Below, one piece after another: positions 1 to 9,429 of a stretch of DNA of 37,666 nt. Position numbers and translations under genes: made by a program. The stretch covers positions 2,541,158 to 2,578,823 of the forward strand of contig CP070739.1 of the NCBI GenBank assembly GCA_020347705.1, in the 5' to 3' direction. Source of the stretch: Methanomassiliicoccales archaeon (GTDB taxonomy: Archaea > Thermoplasmatota > Thermoplasmata > GCA-020350865). How positions within the stretch are numbered: position 1 is the first letter of the stretch; every line of letters begins with the position of its first letter. The notes beneath the pieces were generated by a model. That model was not told the origin of the DNA. It saw nothing but the letters and a program-made list of their open reading frames with translations, and did not search any database.

Positions 1-1233
1 CTCATTTTTATAATACTTGGAATAAGGCCTGGGGCCCTCCTCAAAACCGATTTGTACCGGCATTTTCGGATGGCGATAACGTTCAAAGAATCTTTTTTCG
101 TAGCGGTATACGATGGGGCGGTGGATGGATTCAGGTCCTGTGTAAAAAAATGCACTGCTCTTACTGGTATTTTCGAACCTCTCAAGGTATTTTTTGTATC
201 GACGAAGCTTTTTTAATGCCGACAGCAGGCTAGGATGATTTCTTGCACGCACCTCAACGTACTCCCATAACCTTCCCTCGTAAATGCTCTGTTTGATCCC
301 CGCGATTTCAGCGAAAATGACATAAAGATTGTGCATTGCAAGGGGCTTATAATCACCTTCCTTGTGGGATTTTTGAAGACTATTAACATCATTCTCGCTG
401 CATACAGGACATGAGCATGGCAACTCCATCATCTCAGTAAGTCGTCTCGTACCATCTGAAAAAAGGAGGCGTCCGTCCTTGGCGAATTTTACATATGAGG
501 CTGAGTCGAATAAATCGCATCCCAAGAGCACCGCCAGACCCAGGAACATCGGATGACCGCAACCGAAAAGATGCACTGCCTTTCCAGGGCTCAGACCTTT
601 TTTGGATGCGATGATGATATCCACTATTTCCCTGTACCTGTAACTTTCCATTAATGGAACCACCCCCCCAATAGGATAAAGCTCGCTTTTCAGCTCCGAC
701 AACCTCTGTGCACAGTATCTCCTGATCTCGGGGAAGTTACCTCCCTGGACGGTTAAGGCCAGGGCCATATCTCCTTTGATATTCACCGCCTCTGCGGCCC
801 TTCTCAGGGTCTCGTTCATATCTTCCCTCACTTTGTCTTCATCATCCCCTATTTCGGAAAATACATCGAGTATCGTCCCCACATCCGAGCCTATCCTTTT
901 TTGGAAATCCACTATCTGCAGGGGGTCCACTTCCACATCCTTATAAACATGGGTTTGGAATGTGCCGGAATCGGTCATTATAGCGCCATCAAAGTCTAAA
1001 AGCTCGTGAACTCCACTTTTTTCTGATTGTTCCCTCAACGCATCATCTTTGTGGATGATGTAAGCGTTCGTTATCACCATCTTAACGCCAAACAACTTCT
1101 TCATTTCCGAGGGGGAGATGATCATTTGATTGGGATTGATTACCGGTAATACTGCAGGGGTGTCAACATCCTGATGCCTGGTATGGAGTATTCCTATCCT
1201 GCCTAGTCCATCTCTGGCCTTTAGCTCGAACAT
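1..1233 (-). CDS. tgtA: archaeosine tRNA-guanine(15) transglycosylase, N-terminal part (runs off window start)
   Basis: Not in the ORF track. Manual translation from ATG at 1233: MFELKARDGLGRIG...TPAVLPVINPN...ITNAYII...IMTDSGTFQ...IGSDVGTILD, matching ArcTGT motifs (catalytic DSG); H-L-F-G-C-G-H-P and LFDSASY further on. Confidence 0.93.
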   Translation of the reverse strand, partial: MFELKARDGLGRIGILHTRHQDVDTPAVLPVINPNQMIISPSEMKKLFGVKMVITNAYIIHKDDALREQSEKSGVHELLDFDGAIMTDSGTFQTHVYKDVEVDPLQIVDFQKRIGSDVGTILDVFSEIGDDEDKVREDMNETLRRAAEAVNIKGDMALALTVQGGNFPEIRRYCAQRLSELKSELYPIGGVVPLMESYRYREIVDIIIASKKGLSPGKAVHLFGCGHPMFLGLAVLLGCDLFDSASYVKFAKDGRLLFSDGTRRLTEMMELPCSCPVCSENDVNSLQKSHKEGDYKPLAMHNLYVIFAEIAGIKQSIYEGRLWEYVEVRARNHPSLLSALKKLRRYKKYLERFENTSKSSAFFYTGPESIHRPIVYRYEKRFFERYRHPKMPVQIGFEEGPRPYSKYYKNE

Positions 1234-1288
1234 GCATTGAGAATAACGATGTAGGATATTATTTTTGTTGTGATATCAGTAACTGAGG

Positions 1289-3226
1289 TTATCCTTTACC
1301 TTTTTTCTTAAAAAGGATTACCAATAAAATAAGGACTATCACAATTATCGGGATTATTATCAAAATGAGGTAAGTGGGATCAAATTCCCCCTTATCTTCG
1401 GCTGGTGCAGATCCGCTTTCAGTTGTGAATGTGAACGAATAACCAGAGGATATCCTGTTTCCTGCAAAATCCTGGGCATTTTCAGATATCGATACAGTAT
1501 ATGTTGTTCCTCCCGTAAGCGATGCCTTTAAAGTTAGCCTGGTTCCGTCAGCGCTCCAAGTCCTTTCTGAAATCGACCCTGGTGAAATCGATACTGCGCT
1601 TTCTGTTGCAGCCGTATCCATGGACTCGCTGAATGTTATTGTAATGTCTATCGTCGAATCAACTTCGTTTGCATCATTCGCTGGGTTCGTATTAACAACT
1701 GTCGGTGAAGTGAGATCCTCAATTGATCCCGAGGTAAACGAGAATGAATACGGTGATGCAAGATTCATATCATCGGTGCACTTAGCAGCGGTGCTGATCG
1801 TAAAGGTGTACTGAGTATCCTGGTCCAGAACAGAAGAAGGAGTAAGCGTAATAATTGTATCTTGCTCTGTCCAAGCTGATGTCCAGGTAATAGAGGGGGA
1901 GCTCGAGATGGCATTCTCTGTTGTTGAGGTATCCATGGACTTGCTGAATGAAATGGAGATCCCGGTATTGAGGGGAACATCTGTTGCACCGTCATTTGGA
2001 GAAGTAGAGGAAATGGTGGGTGGAGCAACTTGGCCCGGTGAATTTTGCCAGACTTCCAACCCTCCTCCTTTGTATCTTCCAAAGAGCAGGTCCAATTTTC
2101 CGTCACCGTTCATATCACCAACGTGATTGCCGACATACTCGTTATCGGCTGGAAAATCCCCGGAGTTCTCGGTCCATGATCCCGCTCCATCCCCGTGATA
2201 CACATGGATGCCTGTGGTTCCATAACCCCCTCCGGTGGCAATGTCTGTGTTTCCATCACCGTCAAAATCATCGGCAGATATATCTAGATAGTCACCCGAT
2301 GTGGGAAGATTTCCGGATACGCTGGTCCATGATGTTGCATGGTTGACGTTCCTGAAGGCCCGTATTCCTTTCCCAGAACCTGCTCCGTAGGAAGAAATAA
2401 CCAAGTCCATTTGTCCATCATTATCTATATCCGTTGCATTGATTCCTGTAAACCTTTGGGAAGGTAATCCAGTGGATGATTCAATCCATGACATGGTGCC
2501 GCCGGTCCCCACATTGCCGAGAAAGACGGAAACACCTGCACTGCCACCGGCTGCAAGATCTAGATCGCCATCACCATCGAAATCCACGAGTACAACACCG
2601 CTGTCCCTGTCCTGATCATGGGGTATACCGGCCGAATTGTCGGTGAATACACCGGTTCCGTCACCAGTAAAAACATTTATTCCTTCCGTCGATTGATAGC
2701 CGCTTGTTGCGGCCAGATCAAGATTGCCATCGTTGTTGACATCACCTACCGCAACACCTCTCCAATAATCCGAGGTCGGCAATGATGTTGAGGATGTAAC
2801 CTCGGTAAATCCTCCTGAACCATCCCCTTTGAAAACATGAAGGCCGGTTGGAGTCGAGGCACTGTTACCCGGTGAACCTGCAAATATGTCCAAATTCCCG
2901 TCTGCATCATAATCCCCGCAGGCCACACCACCGAAACCACCGCTTGTGGCAGGATGCGAAGCTACTGGTGCCCAGTTTCCGGCCCCATCACCCAAAAAAA
3001 CACGAAGGCCGTTTCCATCCGATGCGGCAATCACATCCAAATGGCCATCGTTATTTATATCTTGGAAAGTGACCCCAAAATAGGTTCCTGATTTTGGAAG
3101 ATCGCCAGATGCGTCCCGCCAGGAACTCTCGTTACCGTCCTGTGCATTGGAATCCCGATGCTGAGAAATCAACATATACGAAAAGAGCATCACTAACACG
3201 ATAATTACAGATGTCAGCTTTCTCAT
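1289..3226 (-). CDS. secreted FG-GAP/VCBS-repeat beta-propeller protein with two SbsA/Big_5 Ig-like domains and C-terminal membrane anchor
   Basis: Signal-like N-terminus from MRKLTSVIIVLVMLF; about 7 DxxxDGxxD repeats; two 'P-x-V/I-x-S/N-T-x-P...I-x-I-x-FS-x-x-MD' domains; C-terminal TM followed by KKKGKG. Start moved from 3274 to 3226. Confidence 0.85.
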   Translation of the reverse strand: MRKLTSVIIVLVMLFSYMLISQHRDSNAQDGNESSWRDASGDLPKSGTYFGVTFQDINNDGHLDVIAASDGNGLRVFLGDGAGNWAPVASHPATSGGFGGVACGDYDADGNLDIFAGSPGNSASTPTGLHVFKGDGSGGFTEVTSSTSLPTSDYWRGVAVGDVNNDGNLDLAATSGYQSTEGINVFTGDGTGVFTDNSAGIPHDQDRDSGVVLVDFDGDGDLDLAAGGSAGVSVFLGNVGTGGTMSWIESSTGLPSQRFTGINATDIDNDGQMDLVISSYGAGSGKGIRAFRNVNHATSWTSVSGNLPTSGDYLDISADDFDGDGNTDIATGGGYGTTGIHVYHGDGAGSWTENSGDFPADNEYVGNHVGDMNGDGKLDLLFGRYKGGGLEVWQNSPGQVAPPTISSTSPNDGATDVPLNTGISISFSKSMDTSTTENAISSSPSITWTSAWTEQDTIITLTPSSVLDQDTQYTFTISTAAKCTDDMNLASPYSFSFTSGSIEDLTSPTVVNTNPANDANEVDSTIDITITFSESMDTAATESAVSISPGSISERTWSADGTRLTLKASLTGGTTYTVSISENAQDFAGNRISSGYSFTFTTESGSAPAEDKGEFDPTYLILIIIPIIVIVLILLVILFKKKGKG

Positions 3227-3500
3227 ATGAACGATCCTCCTGCTATTTTTTACCTCAAATTCTACCTTCATCAAACCTTATCCGTTGAAAATCTTTACGG
3301 TATAGATATGATTTTTGCTAATAATGACTATTTTGATAATGATCTATGGCGGTTTTTCACAACAAGGCTATTTTGTGGGGCTTCTTCACTAATAACTGCC
3401 ATTATTGGAAAATAACTACATCTGGTGGCATTATCAGAATTTCATGTAAGAATAACAAGCATTAAATAAGAGGCTGGCCTCTTCATGACCGGTAATTCCC

Positions 3501-3722
3501 ATGCCCGAAAAGATATGCTGGACATTGGCGGGACGTAAGAAGGTCTTCCTGGTGGATGATGAAAACAATATCATAAAGGAATTACGCGATCTCGGCCCCC
3601 TCTCGGAGATAGAGATGAAATGGGTAAAATCCAACTCCGGAATGCCGTACAAGGAATGGCTTAAAATTCAGGAGGAGAAGGAAGGGGAGGATGTGGAGGA
3701 AGGGGAAGCAGAAATAGAATAA
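3501..3722 (+). CDS. small hypothetical protein with acidic tail (73 aa)
   Basis: Fills the intergenic gap, TATA-like ATTAAATA at 3461-3468 upstream, protein-like composition. Confidence 0.6.
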   Translation: MPEKICWTLAGRKKVFLVDDENNIIKELRDLGPLSEIEMKWVKSNSGMPYKEWLKIQEEKEGEDVEEGEAEIE

Positions 3723-3775
3723 AGCACATTGGCAAATCCCAAAGGAAAGCCCCTCACATTGAAGTAACTTTCTTT

Positions 3776-5002
3776 TTATCTTTCCGAGACCAGCTTTGCG
3801 AGCTCTATAATCACCTCAACGGTTTTTTCCATGGATTGGACTGGTATAAATTCCTTTTTACCGTGGAAATTAATGCCCCCTGCAAAAATATTGGGAGTGG
3901 GAACTCCCATAAAGCACAACCTGGCACCATCTGTACCTCCTCGAATATTTCTCAGCTTCGGCTCGATACCCGCTCTCCTACAGGCCTCAAAGGCCATATC
4001 CATAACATGCGGATGTTTGTCTAAAATGATCTTCATGTTCTTGTAGGACTCTTTGATTTCCAAATTAATGTCTATATCTTGATATCTTTCATTCACCCTT
4101 CCCTTTATGGCTTCTAATTCTTTCTTCTTCTCTTCCATTCCTTCGTTCTTAAAATCACGGATAAGCACCTTTATTGTAGTCTCCTCGACAGCACCTTTAA
4201 AATTGTTTGGATGGAGATATCCCTCCCATCCTTCGGTGGTCTCAGGGGCCATATCCTCTGGAAGCAGGGTAATAAAATAACCTGCGGCCCTAATCGAGTT
4301 TCTCATCTTATTCTTGGCATAACCCGGGTGAACATTATAACCTTTAAATTTGCATATGGCAGTGGCCGCATTAAAAGTCTCGTTTTCAACCTCACCCAAC
4401 TCACCGCCATCTATGGTATATGCGAATTTGGCACCGAACCTGTCCACATCAAAAAATTCCGTGCCCTTTCCCACCTCTTCATCAGGCGTGAAAGCAATCC
4501 GTATTTTGCCATGCTTTATAGTTGGATCTTTAACCATCAATTCCAGTGCGGTCATTATTTCAGCCACACCGGCTTTATTATCCGCACCCAGTAAAGAAGT
4601 GCCATCCGAAGTTATGATGGTCTGGCCTACGTAATTCTTAAGCTCCGGGTTTTCATTCGGGGATATTACTATGTCTTCTTTTGGAAGTTTTAATTCCTTC
4701 CCGTTGTAATCTTTCCAGACTACCGGATTTGCACCACCGGGGGCCTCAGGCGAGGTATCCATATGAGCTATGAAGCCAACTACCGGCTTCTTCTCAAAGC
4801 CAGGGCTGGCAGGAAGGGTGGCCATGACATAGCAGTGCTTGTCTACATCGACATCCTCAAGTCCTATTGCCTTTAACTCCTCAACCAGCATATTAGCTAA
4901 AGTGAACTGCTTGTCAGTTGAAGGAACTTTTTCCACATCATCCTGCGATTGTGTATCGATTTTAACGTATCTGAGAAACCTATTTTCAACGGATTCTGAC
5001 AT
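3776..5002 (-). CDS. pepT: peptidase T (M20B tripeptidase)
   Basis: RFLRYVKIDTQS, AHMDTS, LGADNKAG, FTPDEEVG, IRGGTDG, NFHG motifs; GGTGA SD before ATG at 5002. Confidence 0.95.
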   Translation of the reverse strand: MSESVENRFLRYVKIDTQSQDDVEKVPSTDKQFTLANMLVEELKAIGLEDVDVDKHCYVMATLPASPGFEKKPVVGFIAHMDTSPEAPGGANPVVWKDYNGKELKLPKEDIVISPNENPELKNYVGQTIITSDGTSLLGADNKAGVAEIMTALELMVKDPTIKHGKIRIAFTPDEEVGKGTEFFDVDRFGAKFAYTIDGGELGEVENETFNAATAICKFKGYNVHPGYAKNKMRNSIRAAGYFITLLPEDMAPETTEGWEGYLHPNNFKGAVEETTIKVLIRDFKNEGMEEKKKELEAIKGRVNERYQDIDINLEIKESYKNMKIILDKHPHVMDMAFEACRRAGIEPKLRNIRGGTDGARLCFMGVPTPNIFAGGINFHGKKEFIPVQSMEKTVEVIIELAKLVSER

Positions 5003-5246
5003 CAATATCACCTATCAAGATCTTGACCGACATTGGCCCAAGTGTTTATTTAACCCCCATATGATTTTAATAATTTAATTCCTTCGCATGAACTATTATA
5101 ATACATCGTATCATTTCAAAGTTAATACACCAATACCAATATATAGGAGATTTACGAGAATATTCCCTGGATACTTTCGATTTAGATTCAAGATTGTATA
5201 GAAAGATTTATACTTTGATATGACTTTTACCATCACAGGTGAATCG

Positions 5247-5480
5247 ATGGCGATAGGTTTTATCCTGATTAGCACCGCTCCAGCAAAGGAACATGAGGTC
5301 TACAACGAGTTGAAAAAGATTAAGGAGATCGTGGAATTACATCCTCTGTTTGGAGAGTACGATCTCATTGCGAAACTTGAGGCAAAGAACTTCAATTTGC
5401 TGGGCCAGATAGTGGTGGACAAAATCCGCACCATACCGGGTGTGGTCGATACGAAAACACTAACTGGGATAAAGTTCTAG
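5247..5480 (+). CDS. stand-alone Lrp/AsnC ligand-binding (RAM) domain protein
   Basis: LFGEYDLIAKL...KIRTIPGVVDTKTL signature, no HTH; AGGTGA SD before ATG at 5247. Confidence 0.88.
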   Translation: MAIGFILISTAPAKEHEVYNELKKIKEIVELHPLFGEYDLIAKLEAKNFNLLGQIVVDKIRTIPGVVDTKTLTGIKF

Positions 5481-5496
5481 AAAGGAGGGATAAAAA

Positions 5497-5802
5497 ATGG
5501 TTGGAACTTGGCATTTCATAACGGTTTTAATATTGACTTTTGCACTCTTTACACTCATTGCCGGGATTTTTACAGCCTATTTCGGGGCTGGGAAGAGTAG
5601 AAAAATCGGCGGAGTATTAATCATCATTGCGCTCATCGTGGGCCTGTTCTATACGCTCCCTCCTATAAGGGAGGTGACTGGTGTGGTAGTTGGGGTGGAC
5701 ATATCTTCCATCATCATCGACGCGGTGATAATCCTTGTCGCTGCCATAATCGGAGCAGTATGTGCTTTGGCGCTGTTCCTTGGTGCGATAATGAAATCTT
5801 AA
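5497..5802 (+). CDS. small membrane protein, about 3 TM helices
   Basis: Strong SD AGGAGGG; three hydrophobic segments; 16 bp after the RAM gene. Confidence 0.8.
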   Translation: MVGTWHFITVLILTFALFTLIAGIFTAYFGAGKSRKIGGVLIIIALIVGLFYTLPPIREVTGVVVGVDISSIIIDAVIILVAAIIGAVCALALFLGAIMKS

Positions 5803-5862
5803 ACTGAATTCTATTTATTACATAAAATTGGAGGCCTGCAGCGATTTCATTGGGTGATATTC

Positions 5863-6330
5863 ATGGATGTCATGATAATTTTGGGCAGCGAGACCGATAT
5901 GGAAGTGGCAGAGAAGGCCATGAGCGTTTTTGATCTCCTGGGTGTGGATTATGAGATCAACATCGCCTCGGCGCATAGAACCCCCGAGCGAGTTAAGAAG
6001 CTCGTGAAAGACTCGAAAGCAAAAATATTCATAGCAATTGCTGGCTTATCGGCTGCGTTACCAGGGGTTATTGCCTCCTACACATTGAAACCCGTGATAG
6101 GAGTGCCAGTCAGTGGAAAACTGAACATAGATGCGGTTTTTTCGATTCTTCAAATGCCTCCTGGCGTTCCTGTGGGTGCTGTTGGACTTGACAACGGGCA
6201 GAACGCTGCATTATTTGCCGCTGAAATATTGGCTATTAAAAATAAAAAAATCGATAGAAAGTTGATGGAATACAGAAAACGGATGAAAGATAAAGTGATT
6301 GCCGATTCAAAAAAGATTTCCTCAAATTGA
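5863..6330 (+). CDS. purE: N5-carboxyaminoimidazole ribonucleotide mutase
   Basis: IILGSETD, SAHRTP, AGLSAALPG, PVIGVP, QMPPGVPV motifs; GGGTGA SD. Confidence 0.95.
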   Translation: MDVMIILGSETDMEVAEKAMSVFDLLGVDYEINIASAHRTPERVKKLVKDSKAKIFIAIAGLSAALPGVIASYTLKPVIGVPVSGKLNIDAVFSILQMPPGVPVGAVGLDNGQNAALFAAEILAIKNKKIDRKLMEYRKRMKDKVIADSKKISSN

Positions 6331-6391
6331 TAAAAATACATGGGAGATTGCTACCACCTGATCCTCATTAAATGATGAAGGTGTCTTCATT

Positions 6392-7339
6392 ATGTTCGAT
6401 CCTGAAAAATTTATAGAAGAGAAGATTTCAGAACTAGGAGAGCAAATTGAAGGTAAGGCCATAATCGGTGCATCTGGCGGTGTAGACAGCACCGTAGCCG
6501 CTGTGTTGGTAAGCAGGGCCATCAAAGAAAATCTCATGGCCGTATATGTTGATACTGGCTTTATGAGAAAAGGAGAAACCGAATTCGTTTCCAATATGCT
6601 CCGTGAACTCAACGTGAATTTTAAGGTCTATGATGCGGAAAACGAATATTTTGAAGCGTTAAAGGGGGTATCGGATCCCGAAGAAAAAAGAAAGATCATA
6701 GGTGAGAAATTCATACGTAATTTCGAGCAGGTGGCAAAAGACGAGACGGCGGAGTATCTGGTCCAAGGGACAATAGCTCCAGATTGGATAGAATCTGGTG
6801 GTGGTTTGAGAGACACTATTAAATCACATCATAATGTGGGTGCCCTGCCGAAAGATATTGGTTTGAAACTCGTTGAGCCACTGAGGGATATCTACAAAGA
6901 TGAAGTAAGAAAGGTTGCAAGAAAATTGGGGGTTCCTGTGGCTGAAAGGCAACCGTTTCCTGGGCCAGGATTGGCCATTAGAATAATAGGGGAATGCACC
7001 CCCGAGGCCACTGACACCATCAGAGAGGCCTGTGCTATTGTAGAGGAAGAAATCGATTCTGCCTCTGAAAAAGGTGAAATGGAAAGACCATGGCAGTACT
7101 TTGCAGTTCTTCTCCCAGTAAAGAGTGTAGGTGTGCAAGGGGATGTTCGGGCATATGGGTATACCATTGTGGTGAGATCCGTTCAATCCGTCGATGGAAT
7201 GACAGCAGCTTATTCGAAAATCCCCCATAATGTGTTAGAACGTATATCAACAAGGATCACTAATACCATGAAGGATAAGGTCAACCGAATCGTTTATGAT
7301 ATAACCAATAAGCCTCCTGCGACTATAGAATGGGAATAA
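6392..7339 (+). CDS. guaAB: GMP synthase subunit B (ATPPase, split archaeal type)
   Basis: SGGVDS PP-loop, IKSHHNVG, PFPGPGLA, KPPATIEWE; no glutaminase domain. Confidence 0.95.
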   Translation: MFDPEKFIEEKISELGEQIEGKAIIGASGGVDSTVAAVLVSRAIKENLMAVYVDTGFMRKGETEFVSNMLRELNVNFKVYDAENEYFEALKGVSDPEEKRKIIGEKFIRNFEQVAKDETAEYLVQGTIAPDWIESGGGLRDTIKSHHNVGALPKDIGLKLVEPLRDIYKDEVRKVARKLGVPVAERQPFPGPGLAIRIIGECTPEATDTIREACAIVEEEIDSASEKGEMERPWQYFAVLLPVKSVGVQGDVRAYGYTIVVRSVQSVDGMTAAYSKIPHNVLERISTRITNTMKDKVNRIVYDITNKPPATIEWE

Positions 7340-7513
7340 TAAAAAACCGCTAATTATTCTATTTTTATTGGTAACGAAATCAGTATTTCTAACGGGTAAA
7401 AAACGTCGAAAACGTTTGAAAAATTGTTGTTTTACAGAAAATAATGTTTCGTCATTTGACGATAATTTTTATATATTCATAGATGTATGCCCCGCAACAC
7501 AGGGGAGGTGAAT

Positions 7514-9232
7514 ATGAAATCTGACCTTGAAATAGCACAAGAAGCGAAGCTAAAACCGGTTGTCGAAATTGCGAAGAAAATTGGATTGGATGAAGATGAC
7601 ATAGAGCTGTATGGGAAATACAAGGCGAAAATAAAGCTGGAAGTTCTCGAGAAACTGAAAGACAGACCAAACGGTAAATACATAGACGTAACAGCGACAA
7701 CACCTACACCTCTTGGTGAAGGAAAGACCGTAATCAACATCGGTCTTACACAAGCTCTGGCAAAGATAGGAAAGAATGTTATAAGCACGCTCAGGGAACC
7801 CAGTATGGGACCTGTTTTCGGAATCAAGGGGGGTGCTGCAGGTGGAGGTTATGCACAGGTTGTACCAATGGAGGATATAAACCTGCATTTTACAGGGGAT
7901 ATCCATGCCGTGGGTGTGGCAAACAATCTCCTTGCAGCCATGATAGATAACCAGATATTCCACCCGAGATTCAAGAGAAAAAATCTTCTGAACATCGATC
8001 CAGATTCCATTACCTGGAGAAGAGTTGTGGACTTAAACGATTCTGCATCTACCAACGTGGACCTTGGAACAAAAGCTAGATTTGAGACTGAAGGATACCC
8101 GAGAGACACAGGATTTGATATCACTGTGGCATCCGAGGTAATGGCAATTTTGTCTCTGGCAAATGATCTAAAAGATCTTCGACAGAAACTAGGAAAAATA
8201 ATCGTGGCAAAGAACAAGGAAGGCAAACCTGTTACCGCAGAGGACCTGAAAGCTGCAGGCGCCATGTGTGTCGTGATGAAGGAGGCAATAAAGCCAAATC
8301 TCGTTCAGACAGTGGACAATGTTCCATGCATAATGCATGCAGGTCCTTTTGCGAACATTGCAATTGGAAACAACTCAATAATTGCCGATCGAATCGCTCT
8401 GAAACTCGCGGATTATGTGGTAACTGAATCTGGATTTGCTGCGGACTGCGGGGCAGAGAAGTTCCTGGATATCAAGTGCCGTGCAAGCGGACTTAAACCG
8501 GACTGCATAGTTCTTAACACCACAATCAGATCACTTAAGATGCATGGCGGCGGTTATGAGTTCCCACCGGGTAAGACCCCACCAAAAGAGGTCATGTTCG
8601 GCGAGAATGTTGAAGCTGTAAGAAAAGGCTGTTTGAACCTTGCTAAGCATATCGAAAACATGAACAAATTCGGTGTTCCAACCGTGGTTTGCATAAACAG
8701 ATTCACACCAGATACCGATGCTGAGGTTGAGGCTGTAATCGAGGAAGCGAAAAAAGCTGGTGCCGAGGCCTGTGTTCCAGTAACTGTTCATGCAGACGGC
8801 GGTGATGGAGGAATTGAGCTTGCCAAAGCAGTTGTTGAAGCATGTGACAAACCAAACAACTTCAAATTCCTGTACCCTGATGAAGCAACAATTAGGGAGA
8901 AGATCGAGACATTGGCAAAGGAGATCTACGGTGCAGACGGTGTGGAATTCTCGGAGCTTGCTGAGGAGAAGATGAAGCTGTATACAGAGTGGGGTCTTGA
9001 TAAGTTACCCATCTGCATGGCAAAGACACATCTTTCCATAAGCCACGATCCATCTAAATTGGGTGCACCCAGCGGCTACATGTTTCCTGTAAGGGATATC
9101 AGACCTTCAGCTGGTGCTGGCTTCCTCTATCCACTAGCCGGCGAGATGAGGACAATGCCAGGAATGCCTTCTCACCCTGCCTCAGAGAATGTGGATATCG
9201 ATAAAACCGGCAAGACCTTGGGGCTGTTCTAA
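7514..9232 (+). CDS. fhs: formate--tetrahydrofolate ligase
   Basis: TPTPLGEGKT, LREPSMGPVFGIKGGAAGGGYAQV, NLHFTGDIHA, HAGPFANIA, ICMAKT; GGAGGTGA SD before ATG at 7514. Confidence 0.97.
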   Translation: MKSDLEIAQEAKLKPVVEIAKKIGLDEDDIELYGKYKAKIKLEVLEKLKDRPNGKYIDVTATTPTPLGEGKTVINIGLTQALAKIGKNVISTLREPSMGPVFGIKGGAAGGGYAQVVPMEDINLHFTGDIHAVGVANNLLAAMIDNQIFHPRFKRKNLLNIDPDSITWRRVVDLNDSASTNVDLGTKARFETEGYPRDTGFDITVASEVMAILSLANDLKDLRQKLGKIIVAKNKEGKPVTAEDLKAAGAMCVVMKEAIKPNLVQTVDNVPCIMHAGPFANIAIGNNSIIADRIALKLADYVVTESGFAADCGAEKFLDIKCRASGLKPDCIVLNTTIRSLKMHGGGYEFPPGKTPPKEVMFGENVEAVRKGCLNLAKHIENMNKFGVPTVVCINRFTPDTDAEVEAVIEEAKKAGAEACVPVTVHADGGDGGIELAKAVVEACDKPNNFKFLYPDEATIREKIETLAKEIYGADGVEFSELAEEKMKLYTEWGLDKLPICMAKTHLSISHDPSKLGAPSGYMFPVRDIRPSAGAGFLYPLAGEMRTMPGMPSHPASENVDIDKTGKTLGLF

Positions 9233-9296
9233 GCTAAACCAAAATGGGTGTAAGAGGCATCGCCCTCAACCCCAATTGCGTTCCCATAATTGGCCC

Positions 9297-9331
9297 TTTT
9301 TTTCTTTTTTTTCTTTTTCAAATTTTTTTTT
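9297..9331 (+). terminator. oligo-T archaeal terminator region downstream of fhs
   Basis: Several T runs of 5-9 nt, preceded by two short hairpins at 9246-9293. Confidence 0.55.
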
Positions 9332-9429
9332 AAAACCTTTATTTTTGCTATCTTTTAGTTTTAATAGAAATTATTAAGCCATATGCCTACCATTGGGTTA
9401 ATAAGGACCCAAAAACGGGGAGGAGAACT

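Noticed and set aside
9246-9293. SECIS-like hairpin in the fhs 3' UTR
   Set aside because: The bulge is GTAA/A rather than GAA/A, and fhs has no in-frame TGA; treated as terminator-associated structure.
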